The notes under the pieces: generated by a model | The model's database searches: none | What the model was told of the DNA's origin: nothing | What the model saw: the letters and a program-made list of their open reading frames with translations, nothing else | Origin: Myxococcales bacterium | Lineage (GTDB): Bacteria; Myxococcota_A; Polyangia; Polyangiales; Ga0077539 | NCBI GenBank assembly: GCA_013298625.1 | Contig: JAAFIF010000016.1 | Location: forward strand, 11,320 to 75,319 | Direction of reading: 5' to 3' | Length of the DNA stretch: 64,000 bases | Program-made: the position numbers and the translations under genes | In this document: positions 45,744-54,552 of the stretch, piece by piece | Layout: each line of letters begins with the position of its first letter | Numbering within the stretch: position 1 is the stretch's first letter

Positions 45744-47291
45744 TCAGGGTCGAAAGAAGAAGCGCACCACCCGGTAGAACCGCGCGCGCCACGCCGCTTC
45801 GTTGTGCGGCGCGTCGCGCTCGTACCAGTGGTAGATGTTCGCCTCTGCGGGCTCGATTCGCGGCGCGTCCGGGTCCGTCGGAAACGTGCTGATCCCCGCG
45901 CGCACCAGCGTCTCGCGCATCACGTTGGTCTCGCAGAAATTGTCGCGCGGGTCCTCGACGCCGTCGAACGTGCACGAGCCGTCGCTCGCGGGCCCGCCGC
46001 CCGAGTCGAGGTAGAAGCGCTGCCCGCTGGCGCGCAGGTCCATCGCGCTCGCGTAGCGCGCGAGCATCGTGTCGCTGCCGCCTCCAAAGCCACCCCACTC
46101 GAAGGTGCTGGACATCCCACCCACGAGCCCGAACACCGCTGGCGCCACCCGCCCTGCGTGAAACGAGATCAGCCCGCCCAGGCTCGACCCGACGATCGCC
46201 GTCCGCGCGCGCGACGGGTCCGTGCGATAGCGCGCGTCGATCAACGGCTTCACGTCACGAGTGATGAAGTCGACGTAGTCGTCGCCGCGGCCGCCCATGC
46301 GTCGGCCGTCGATCACGTCCGCTGTGTGCGTGTACTCGTCCATGCGACCGCTGTTGTTGGGCAACGCGACGATCACGAAGGGTCGCGCGCGGCCCGCGAG
46401 GATCTCGCGATCGCTGGTTGCGTCGACGTCCCAGCTCGCCGGGGCGCTGCGGGGCTGCGCCGTGTCGAACGCGTTGTTTCCGTCGTGCAAATACAGGGTC
46501 GAGAAGCGCTCTTGCTCGCGCTGGTCGTAGCCCGGCGGGACGTAGAGGTACACCGGGCGCTCGTTGCCGAGCCGCGTGGCGCGCACCGCGCGGATCCTCT
46601 CGAGGTGACCGGCCATCGGGCCGCCGCGCACGAACGAGATGCGACCGTTGTCGTCGTACTGAAAGCGTCGCGAGAGCGGGTCGCTGAACAGCGCCGGCGC
46701 TCCGCCTTGCGCGCGCGCGACGAACTTATAGCCCCAGCGCTCGCTCGCGGGCGGCGTCATCGCGAGCGTGGCCACGAAGAGCCCGTGACCGACGGAGGTC
46801 ATCACGAGGGCGCTGTCGCTCCACGCGTTGAAATCACCGGCGACCGTGATGGGCTCTGCGCGTCGTTCTGGGGCGAAATCCTCGGCGGTCGAGCGCGCGT
46901 CGTCCTCTTGGTCCCACTGCGCGGATCGCACATACACAAACCGCGTCGCGCCCCCCGCGACGATGGGAAACCCTCCGCGCCCCTCCACCGCCCGCACGAA
47001 CCGATCGATCGCCGCCGAGACCACAGCGCTCTCGCGCATGGGGTCCCTCGCGCACGCGACGATCGCCTCGAACGCGACCGCGTCGTCCGTCACCGCCCCA
47101 GCGCGCTCGCACGGGTCCCCAGCGGCGTCCGTCTCGCTCGCCGCGTCCGGGGCGCTGTCGATCGTCGCGGCGTCCGCGCTCGCAGCGTCCGCGCTCGCAG
47201 CGTCCGCGCTCGCGTCCTGTGTGAGTGTCGGTCGCGGCGCGCAGCCTGCGGCGACCATCATCCCGAGCGCGAAAGAAGTCGAACCACGCAT
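45744..47291 (-). CDS. secreted alpha/beta-hydrolase (putative esterase / enterochelin-esterase-like) lipoprotein
   Basis: Trimmed to the ATG at 47291 (MRGSTSFALGMMVAAGC, lipobox). Ig/CBM48-like N-terminal part 'ITVAGDFNAWS'. Nucleophile elbow 'IVGSSLGG'. Confidence 0.8.
   Translation of the reverse strand: MRGSTSFALGMMVAAGCAPRPTLTQDASADAASADAASADAATIDSAPDAASETDAAGDPCERAGAVTDDAVAFEAIVACARDPMRESAVVSAAIDRFVRAVEGRGGFPIVAGGATRFVYVRSAQWDQEDDARSTAEDFAPERRAEPITVAGDFNAWSDSALVMTSVGHGLFVATLAMTPPASERWGYKFVARAQGGAPALFSDPLSRRFQYDDNGRISFVRGGPMAGHLERIRAVRATRLGNERPVYLYVPPGYDQREQERFSTLYLHDGNNAFDTAQPRSAPASWDVDATSDREILAGRARPFVIVALPNNSGRMDEYTHTADVIDGRRMGGRGDDYVDFITRDVKPLIDARYRTDPSRARTAIVGSSLGGLISFHAGRVAPAVFGLVGGMSSTFEWGGFGGGSDTMLARYASAMDLRASGQRFYLDSGGGPASDGSCTFDGVEDPRDNFCETNVMRETLVRAGISTFPTDPDAPRIEPAEANIYHWYERDAPHNEAAWRARFYRVVRFFFRP
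47170..47214. repeat. 3 x 15-bp in-frame tandem repeat inside the esterase gene
   Basis: 'gcgtccgcgctcgca' occurs three times head to tail (the last base of the third unit differs). It encodes (SADAA)x3 in the mature N-terminal linker. Confidence 0.85.
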
Positions 47292-47386
47292 GGCCCGCGA
47301 GCGTACGACACAGGCCGCCCGCGCGCTGGCCGCACATCCCCTCTGCCGCAACCGAGCGCAATACGGGTAAGCTCTGCCGCACTCTG

Positions 47387-48232
47387 ATGCGCACTCCATC
47401 GCTCTTCGCTCTGGCCCTCGCTTCTCTCGTCGCCGCGTGCGGACCGGCGCCGGCCAACCCCGACGGCGGCGACGCTGGCGGCGACGCCGGGCCTCCGTGC
47501 ACCGACTGCAACGACGCGATCAACATCCACTGCACCAGCGCTGCGGGCGAAGAGGCCGCTGCCCCGTGCAACACGCGCCTGCAGGCGATGGCGATGGGGG
47601 CGACGTTCTTCATCGGCGATCGACGAAGCTGCTCTCCCAACCCCAACAACGCCAACTGTCGACCGCTGTGCGAGCTGAGCTCGATGAGCTTCACCAACAC
47701 GGGCTCCGCGGGCAGCCCCGCGTTCTGCGAGTTCACCCCGCCGATGCTCGCGGGGTGCAAGATCAATGAGCGCACGGGGTATGCGGTGGTGGTGCAGGCC
47801 GCCAACGGTCGGCGGTCCATCGCGGGCGTGGGCAACGACGGATCGTGCGCCAGCGCGGGTGCGCAGAATCGCCGCTGGGCGCTCGTCGGGTTCGAAGACC
47901 TGCAGACCGCCTCGACCTGCGCGCAGGCCACGCCCGAAGGCGGCTACGAGCCCACGACCACCTTCGTGGGCTGCGACATGAACAGCGATCTGTGCACGGC
48001 CGCCAGCCGCACCACCTGCCAAGAGCGCATGTACCGGGTCATGACGATGGCCGGCCCGCAGATGTATTCGCGCTCGTTTTGCTCGCGGATGTGCTCAGGC
48101 GACGCCGAGTGCGGATCGAGCGGCCGCTGCGTGATGGGCGACTGCTACCACCGCTGCGGCGGGCCCTGCGGCCTCTCGTGCCCCGACTCGTTTACGTGCA
48201 GCGACGGGACGTGCATCCCGACGCCGCTCTGA
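47387..48232 (+). CDS. Cys-rich secreted lipoprotein, hypothetical
   Basis: Trimmed to the ATG at 47387 (MRTPSLFALALASLVAACG, lipobox). About 26 Cys, no recognised domain. Confidence 0.7.
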   Translation: MRTPSLFALALASLVAACGPAPANPDGGDAGGDAGPPCTDCNDAINIHCTSAAGEEAAAPCNTRLQAMAMGATFFIGDRRSCSPNPNNANCRPLCELSSMSFTNTGSAGSPAFCEFTPPMLAGCKINERTGYAVVVQAANGRRSIAGVGNDGSCASAGAQNRRWALVGFEDLQTASTCAQATPEGGYEPTTTFVGCDMNSDLCTAASRTTCQERMYRVMTMAGPQMYSRSFCSRMCSGDAECGSSGRCVMGDCYHRCGGPCGLSCPDSFTCSDGTCIPTPL

Positions 48233-48259
48233 GCGAGGACGGCGCCGCGCAGCGCACGC

Positions 48260-49369
48260 TCAATTGCGCAGCAGATCGACGGTGCTGACGACCCAGCAGC
48301 CCGCGCGCACTTCGCTGCCGCGCACGACGACGCTGCCGCGAGAGCGCGTGCCTTCGAGGCGCCAGGTGACGGCGCCGGTCGCGCGGGTCGGCTCTGCGCC
48401 GAAGCGATCGGTGAGCGCGTCCGTCGCGATCACCAGCGGCGGGACGGGCACCACGTGCAGCACCGCGTGCGCCACGCGCTCGCCGCGCGGAACGATCGTG
48501 ATCGCCTCGAGCCGCTCGTCCTTCGGGTTGAGCTGAATCGCCTCGCCGTCGCCGCCCATCGGACCTTCGGGCGTCCCGAGCACGTCGAGCGCGCGGTCGA
48601 TCGTGAAGTCTTGGCGCAAGATCTTCCACGCGAGGTCGGCCATCCAGACGCCCGAGTCCATCGCCTCGTCGAGCGAGAACTTCACGTTGAGCGCCTGCTG
48701 TTGGTGCGTCGGCGAGTGATCGACGGGCGGGATCGTCGCGTGCTGAAGCATCGAGTCGGTCATCACCGTGTGCTCGCTCGCGTCGTGCTCTTCGACCGCG
48801 TCGCCGTCGATCTCGTCGTCGATCTCTTCGGCGTCGACCTCTTCTTCGTCCGCGTCGCTCGGATACGGCCGACGCAGGTGCACCTCTTCGACGCGCACTT
48901 CGTCAGGGCCGTTGGGCCGGCCCATGTTGGGCGGGTCGCTCGGCTCCCTCCACCAGCGGATGATCACCTGTCCGCTGTACGTCCCGACGTAGTCGTACTC
49001 GATCTGCGTCGAGGCCTCGCCGTCCTCGTTTTCGGGGCCCACGCCGAGCCGCCCAGGCCCGAACCACGACTCGAGCGTCGAGCGCAGGTACGGGACCGGG
49101 CCTCTCAGTACCAGCACCAACTCTTCGATGAAGGGCTCTGCTGCGTACAGCTCGCCGTCCTCGCCGCGGATCGATTCGCCCTCGCGCGGAGGGCGGATCG
49201 CCAGGTCCACGCGCGCGAGCGAGCGAGCGTCGGGCCGCAGAAAAACCCACTCCCGTCCTTCGTGCTCTTGCCTCTCCGTCGCCTGTCCGAGAAGTCCTAC
49301 CGCGTACTCTTCGGTGAACTCGCTCTCGAAGAAGTGCTCGGTGATGGCGGCGATCTCCGCCTCGCGCAT
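48260..49369 (-). CDS. hypothetical protein with an acidic central linker
   Basis: 369-aa ORF with ATG at 49369. Middle segment 'DADEEEVDAEEIDDEIDGDAVEEHD'. No recognisable motif. Confidence 0.6.
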   Translation of the reverse strand: MREAEIAAITEHFFESEFTEEYAVGLLGQATERQEHEGREWVFLRPDARSLARVDLAIRPPREGESIRGEDGELYAAEPFIEELVLVLRGPVPYLRSTLESWFGPGRLGVGPENEDGEASTQIEYDYVGTYSGQVIIRWWREPSDPPNMGRPNGPDEVRVEEVHLRRPYPSDADEEEVDAEEIDDEIDGDAVEEHDASEHTVMTDSMLQHATIPPVDHSPTHQQQALNVKFSLDEAMDSGVWMADLAWKILRQDFTIDRALDVLGTPEGPMGGDGEAIQLNPKDERLEAITIVPRGERVAHAVLHVVPVPPLVIATDALTDRFGAEPTRATGAVTWRLEGTRSRGSVVVRGSEVRAGCWVVSTVDLLRN

Positions 49370-49554
49370 GGTTCGGCTCCGCCTTCGATTGGGTGCACGC
49401 CAAAAGAAATCTGGTTGGACCTGCGCGATGATCTCGCGGCGTGCACGGGCACAACCAGCTTCGAATTCGAGTCACGAACGTTGTCCCCGCGCGCACCAAC
49501 ACGTCAAGCGCGTTTGCAAGGGGCTGACCTGAATCTCGCTCGGCCCGAGAGGCG

Positions 49555-50463
49555 TTATCCTCGCTGCGCCGCTTCGCGCGCGAGCTCGTCGAGCGTCGTC
49601 ATCGCCGCGTGAGCCTCGTCCCGCCGCGCCACAGCGAAGCTTCGAGCGCCCTCGTGCGCGGCCGACAGCAGCTCCTCGGCGATCACGATCCGCCGCGCGA
49701 GGGCATCCCGTGCCGCGCGCAGGTCGTCTTGCGCCATCGCGCACTCGGCCACCGCCGCGAGCGCGTCCGCTTCGCGCTCCCGTCGGTGCGCTTCGCGCGC
49801 GAGCGCCACCAACGCGTCCGCCGCGCGCCTCGCGCCCTCGGCGTCGCCGATCGCCATCCGCACCTGCCACACCGGCGCGACGAACTGAAACCGGTCCTCG
49901 ATGTCGAGCTCGTCGTGCTCGCGCAGGGCCCACAGCCGCTCGCTCGCGTCGCTCGCAGCGTCGGCGTCGTCGGCGTGCGAGGCGAGCTCGAGCAGCACGA
50001 GCGCGCTCTCTCCTCGAGCGCTGCCGCGCACCCCCGCGAGCGCCCTGTGGGCGCAGGCGATGGTCGCGCGGACCGTGTCGAGCGCCTCTGCGCGCAGGGC
50101 GCCGCGGGCGAGGGCGAGCCACGCGCTCGCGGCGACCTCTGGCGAACCGTCGAGCGTTCGGTCCGCGAGCAGCGCAGCGAGCGAGCCCATCGCGCTGCGC
50201 AGCTCCGCCTCGCGCGACGGGACGTCGACGCCCCCCACCACGCGCGCCCACGCTGTGAGCACGATGTCCGCCGGCTCGCCCGCGAGGGCGCGGCCGTCCC
50301 GATGCGCGTTGTGCGCTCGTGCCTCGATCAGCGCGAGGTCGAAGAGCGTCTCGTCGTCGTCATCGACGCGCTCGCGCAGCGCTTCGAACGCCTCTGCCCG
50401 CGCGAGCTCGTCGTCGAACCGCTGCTCGCTCAGCGCGGTGGCCTCGGTGATGATCTCGTTCAT
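49555..50463 (-). CDS. hypothetical all-helical protein
   Basis: Trimmed to the ATG at 50463 (MNEIITEATALSEQRF...), 302 aa, Ala/Arg/Glu-rich helical repeats. Confidence 0.55.
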   Translation of the reverse strand: MNEIITEATALSEQRFDDELARAEAFEALRERVDDDDETLFDLALIEARAHNAHRDGRALAGEPADIVLTAWARVVGGVDVPSREAELRSAMGSLAALLADRTLDGSPEVAASAWLALARGALRAEALDTVRATIACAHRALAGVRGSARGESALVLLELASHADDADAASDASERLWALREHDELDIEDRFQFVAPVWQVRMAIGDAEGARRAADALVALAREAHRREREADALAAVAECAMAQDDLRAARDALARRIVIAEELLSAAHEGARSFAVARRDEAHAAMTTLDELAREAAQRG

Positions 50464-50473
50464 CGTGTGTCTC

Positions 50474-50962
50474 TCACTGCGCGACGCCTCGGGTGCAGCC
50501 TCGCTCGACGCGACGAAGCGCGTGCCGAGCGCCCCCGAGCGCCAGCGCCCAGCCGTCGCCGACGGGCTCGGCGTGATCGAGCAGCGCGAACGCCGCCGAC
50601 GGAGAAAACCGCGCGTCCACGCTCTGGCCGCGCACCGTGCAGTACGGAACATCGTCGCGGTCGATGCGCAGCGAGTCGAGCGCGAGCGGCTCGCGCGTCC
50701 CGTCGCTGAGCGCCAGCGTGACGGCCCCGTCGTCGCCGACGCTCGCCGACCACACGACCAACGGCGCGTCCTCGACGGTGATCCAGCACCAGTCGAGCTC
50801 GTTGCGAAGCTGATAGCGCTGGCTCGCTTCGTCCCAACGCACCCACTGGGCGAAGGCCCGCGCGAGACCCTCGTGCTCGACGCGCTCGCCCTCGTGCCAG
50901 AAGCGCCCGTCGCGGTCGATGCGGATGCGGGACTCCCGCGAAAATACAGGCGCTTCGCTCAT
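50474..50962 (-). CDS. DUF1285-like protein
   Basis: Trimmed to the ATG at 50962, which overlaps the upstream stop (ATGA). 'IRIDRDGRFWHEGERVEHEGLARAF' resembles the DUF1285 N-terminal signature (assignment from memory). Confidence 0.55.
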   Translation of the reverse strand: MSEAPVFSRESRIRIDRDGRFWHEGERVEHEGLARAFAQWVRWDEASQRYQLRNELDWCWITVEDAPLVVWSASVGDDGAVTLALSDGTREPLALDSLRIDRDDVPYCTVRGQSVDARFSPSAAFALLDHAEPVGDGWALALGGARHALRRVERGCTRGVAQ

Positions 50963-52950
50963 CGCGCGCCCGTCTCGTACCGCAGCTGGCCTTCGCCCTG
51001 ACGGATCTCGACGCGGTAGTTCGCGCGGACGTTGTCGAAGGTCTCGACCGTGTTGGCGGAGTCCGGCCAGCGCACTTCGACGCGGTCGATCGCGCACGTC
51101 GCGCCGAGGCCGAAGTGCGCGACGAGCTCTTGCCCGAGCCCGAAGTGCCCAAACGACCCGGACAGCTCGCGGGTCTGGGTGACTCCGCCCGCGGTCACCC
51201 GGATGCGCGCGCCGATGGCCGAGCGATTGGCCGCTCCGCCGCCGCGGCCCACGAGGCGAATCGAGGTCCAGTTGGCCTCGGACGCCACGTTCTCGTAGAG
51301 GTGAACCTCGTTGCCCATGGTCCACGTGCGCGCGCAGTCGCGCGCGGTCGAGCTGCCCACGACGAGGTCTTGATCGCCGTCGAGGTCGAAGTCTGCGAGG
51401 GCGATGCCCACGGGACACGCGTGGTAGATGCCCGCAGGGCGCGAGACCTGCTCGAACGTCCCGTCGGGCTTCTGGTGAAACATCCAGCCGTATTGGCTCG
51501 GGTAGTCGCTGGCGCCGTACCAGATGTCGAGCCGACCATCGCGGTCGAAGTCGAACATCACCGCAGAGATTCCGCCCTCGTCGTTGCTCGCTGACGAGCC
51601 GGGGACGAGCCCCGACGCCGCGCGCGCCACGCGCTCGAAGCGCACCATTTCGGGCGCCGCGTTCGGCGGGCTCACGTTGCGCAGAAGCTGCGATCGATCG
51701 CTCGCCGGCCCCGTGTCTGGATGCGCGATCTCAGCGGTGTACAGATCGATGTCCCCGTCGTTGTCGACGTCGCCGCACGCGATGGTAAACGTGTTGCCGT
51801 TGAGCCTCCACGGCTGGTCGTTGTAGCCCTGCCGCCACCCGCGCACAGGGCACTGGTAGCGCGGCGCAGGCGTCTCGGGCGGGCATCGGCCCGGGGACGC
51901 GACGCACCAGCAGAGGTAGCTCTGGTCTTGCTGAAACTCGCGGTTGTCGTCGCCGCCGACGCCAGAAGCGAGGCCCACTTCGGCGAAGGTGCCGTCGGGC
52001 TTGGAGACGAACAGCTCGTTCCATTGGCGGCCGTACGCCATGCCGATCAGGTCGAGCTGGCCGTCGCCGTTGACGTCGCACGCGCTCGCTCCGTAGAGCG
52101 GCCGTCGGTGCCGCGCCATCGCGAAGTCAGCCATCGTCGTGCCGAGCGCCATCCCCACCGAGTCCGTGACGTCTTCGAAGAGCCCGTTTCCCGCGCCGCG
52201 AAACAGCGTCGGCTGCTGGCCCACTTCGATCCCCGAGTTGGGGTCGTAGAAGTAGCTCACGAACGCGTCGATGTTTCCGTCCCGGTTCTGATCGACGAAC
52301 GCGAGCCCAGAGGCCTGCGACACGAACCCGTCCGCCTGCGGCGGCGCGATCGCGCTCTCGCCCGCGAGCGCAAACTGCCCGCTGCCGTTGTTGAGCAACA
52401 CCACGCCGCGATCGCCCGGGTCCTCTGGGGCAGTCGCCGCCGCGTTGAGGTACACCTGCGTCACCGCGTCGACGTCGCCGTCGTTGTCCACGTCGGCGAA
52501 GCCCGTGATGGTCGTGTTGCGACCGCTCGTCCCGTCGCGCGCCGCGAGAAAACCCGAGTCGCGCGTGGCGTCGACGAACTGCCGCCCGCCGCCCGCGCGC
52601 GGTCGGTTCATCAGCAGCCGCGTGTGGATCACCGGCGGAGTCGCCTCGCTGTTCGTACGAACGTTGGTCGCCCCAGAGTGCACCACGAGGTCCGCGTACC
52701 CGTCGTTGTCCACGTCCGCCGTCGCGAAGCGCGTCCCGCGCACAGCGCTCAGACCCCAGTCCGCGGTGTTCCGCGAAAACGCAGGGCGATCCGCGGTCCA
52801 ACCGGTCCCTGCGCGGCACGCCATCGGCGGCGGCGCAAACGGGTTGGCGTCTGCTCCAGCGTCCGCGTTCGCGTTGGTGCGAGGCCCGCAGCTCACCGCG
52901 CACGCCATCGTTGCGAGCGCGATCGAAGCGAAGAGAAAGCGCGATTGCAT
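50959..52950 (-). CDS. CRTAC1-family FG-GAP/VCBS repeat protein with an ASPIC/UnbV C-terminal domain
   Basis: Trimmed to the ATG at 52950 (MQSRFLFASIALATMACAVSC). Repeated Ca-binding loops 'DVDNDGYADL', 'DVDNDGDVD', 'DVNGDGQLDL', 'DVDNDGDIDL', 'DFDRDGRLD', 'DFDLDGDQDL'. C-terminus 'NRSAIGARIRV...SGSFGHFGLG'. Confidence 0.85.
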   Translation of the reverse strand: MQSRFLFASIALATMACAVSCGPRTNANADAGADANPFAPPPMACRAGTGWTADRPAFSRNTADWGLSAVRGTRFATADVDNDGYADLVVHSGATNVRTNSEATPPVIHTRLLMNRPRAGGGRQFVDATRDSGFLAARDGTSGRNTTITGFADVDNDGDVDAVTQVYLNAAATAPEDPGDRGVVLLNNGSGQFALAGESAIAPPQADGFVSQASGLAFVDQNRDGNIDAFVSYFYDPNSGIEVGQQPTLFRGAGNGLFEDVTDSVGMALGTTMADFAMARHRRPLYGASACDVNGDGQLDLIGMAYGRQWNELFVSKPDGTFAEVGLASGVGGDDNREFQQDQSYLCWCVASPGRCPPETPAPRYQCPVRGWRQGYNDQPWRLNGNTFTIACGDVDNDGDIDLYTAEIAHPDTGPASDRSQLLRNVSPPNAAPEMVRFERVARAASGLVPGSSASNDEGGISAVMFDFDRDGRLDIWYGASDYPSQYGWMFHQKPDGTFEQVSRPAGIYHACPVGIALADFDLDGDQDLVVGSSTARDCARTWTMGNEVHLYENVASEANWTSIRLVGRGGGAANRSAIGARIRVTAGGVTQTRELSGSFGHFGLGQELVAHFGLGATCAIDRVEVRWPDSANTVETFDNVRANYRVEIRQGEGQLRYETGAR

Positions 52951-53000
52951 CGACCGCGGAGGATACAACAACTCCCGCGCTCGGCGCGCGCATCACCGGC

Positions 53001-54503
53001 TCACGGAGCGCGGGTGTCTTGCGCGTCCACCGCCTCGTCTGCGCGAAGAATCCCGACGCGCGCCCGCGCTCCTGCGCGCACGCCCTCGACCCGGACGCCC
53101 ACTTCGATCTCTCCGCTCGACGCGAGCATCCGCGCGTTGAACCCGTTGCCCGTCACGTCTCGGCCGCCGATCGCCAGCGCGACCCGCCAGGGATAACCCC
53201 GCGCCGAGCGCTCGTCGCGAAGCTCGACGCCCACGCGCCACGCCCCGTCGAGCGCCGCGTAGTCCCTCGCCAAGAGCCCCGCGCCCGCGCTCAACGCTCG
53301 CGCGGTCACGCCCGCGGGGTACCGCACGATCGCCTGCGAATCACCGATCGGAGGCTGCGTCACGGTCTGCTCTGGGACGCGCACCCTCGCGCGAAACACC
53401 ACGGCTGTTCCGTCGCGCTCGGCGCGCACCGAGAGCAGCTCGGGGATGCCTCGCGGCCCCACCAGGTGCCCGCTTCGATCGAGCAACAACGTCTCGGCTC
53501 GCGGGCACGGACCCGCGCTCGTCGAAAACGACGCGCAGTCGCCGCACAGGCACCCGTCGCACACCGGAGGCTCGACCGCGTCGCGCGCGCCGAGCCGCTC
53601 GCGCAGCCATTGCTCGAGCGAGATCTCTGTGGCCGTCCCTGGGGCGCTCGCCTCCCAAGCTCTGTGAAATCGCTCGGCGTTCTCGACGCCGATGTAGCGA
53701 AAGTGCCATGGCTCGTGCTTGTAGCCCGTCCGCGGGTCGAGCCTGCCGCGCGCGTCGGCGCGGGGCATACAATCGCTGCCCGCGACGCGGTAGTCCGGGT
53801 GCAGCGGATACGGGAGCACCCAGCCGAAGCGCCAGCTGTTGTCCGCGAGCCAGCGGCCGCCCGGCGAGCAGCCGAAGCCGTCGCGAAAGTGCATTCCGCC
53901 GCGGGTCCACGCGACGGTAAACAAGTCCATCGCCGTCCCGAGCTGGTGCTGCGAGTGGCCGGGGATCGCGCTCGCGTTGGTCGCAGGGCAGAAGCCCATC
54001 GCCGTCCCTCGCCGCCACGCCCACTTCGCAAACACCGCGCACTGCGTGTTGAACCCGCGAAACGCCGAGTCGAGCTTCGGCTGATGCCCCGCTTGCCGCA
54101 TCGCCGCCGCCAACCGCTGAAACGCCTGCGCCGCCTCGCGCCGAAGGCACTGCCGCTCTGGGGGAGTGCACGTGGACGCCGGCGCGGGCCGCATCGTCGC
54201 GACGTCGAGCAGGTCCGTCGGCGCATACCCCGGCGCGAGCACCCACCGCGGCGAGCGGTTGACCAACGCGAGCAGATCATTGCCGTCCACCACGGCCACG
54301 GGCGGCGTGAAGTCCTCTCGCGCGATGAAGTGGCCGCCGTCATCGGGCGTTCGAAGCGCCCCGCACGCGGCGGCCATCGGCGCGGATGCGTCGCGATTGG
54401 CCGCAGTGATTCTGCGGGTTTGCCCTTCGGCTGGCGTGCTGTGCGAGACCGCTACGAGCGCGACGGCCAACGTCGCGAACAGCGTCGCGGCGATCGCGCC
54501 CAT
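53001..54503 (-). CDS. M15-family D-alanyl-D-alanine carboxypeptidase (VanY-like) with an extra C-terminal domain
   Basis: ATG at 54503 (MGAIAATLFATLAVALVAV, TM anchor). The track start at 54530 is GTG. Zn ligand motifs 'GHSQHQLGTAMDL' and 'EPWHFRY'. Confidence 0.82.
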   Translation of the reverse strand: MGAIAATLFATLAVALVAVSHSTPAEGQTRRITAANRDASAPMAAACGALRTPDDGGHFIAREDFTPPVAVVDGNDLLALVNRSPRWVLAPGYAPTDLLDVATMRPAPASTCTPPERQCLRREAAQAFQRLAAAMRQAGHQPKLDSAFRGFNTQCAVFAKWAWRRGTAMGFCPATNASAIPGHSQHQLGTAMDLFTVAWTRGGMHFRDGFGCSPGGRWLADNSWRFGWVLPYPLHPDYRVAGSDCMPRADARGRLDPRTGYKHEPWHFRYIGVENAERFHRAWEASAPGTATEISLEQWLRERLGARDAVEPPVCDGCLCGDCASFSTSAGPCPRAETLLLDRSGHLVGPRGIPELLSVRAERDGTAVVFRARVRVPEQTVTQPPIGDSQAIVRYPAGVTARALSAGAGLLARDYAALDGAWRVGVELRDERSARGYPWRVALAIGGRDVTGNGFNARMLASSGEIEVGVRVEGVRAGARARVGILRADEAVDAQDTRAP

Positions 54504-54552
54504 CGTCTCGGTTGTGTGCGGCCTGCTCACTCGCGTCGGGTAGAGTTACCCC

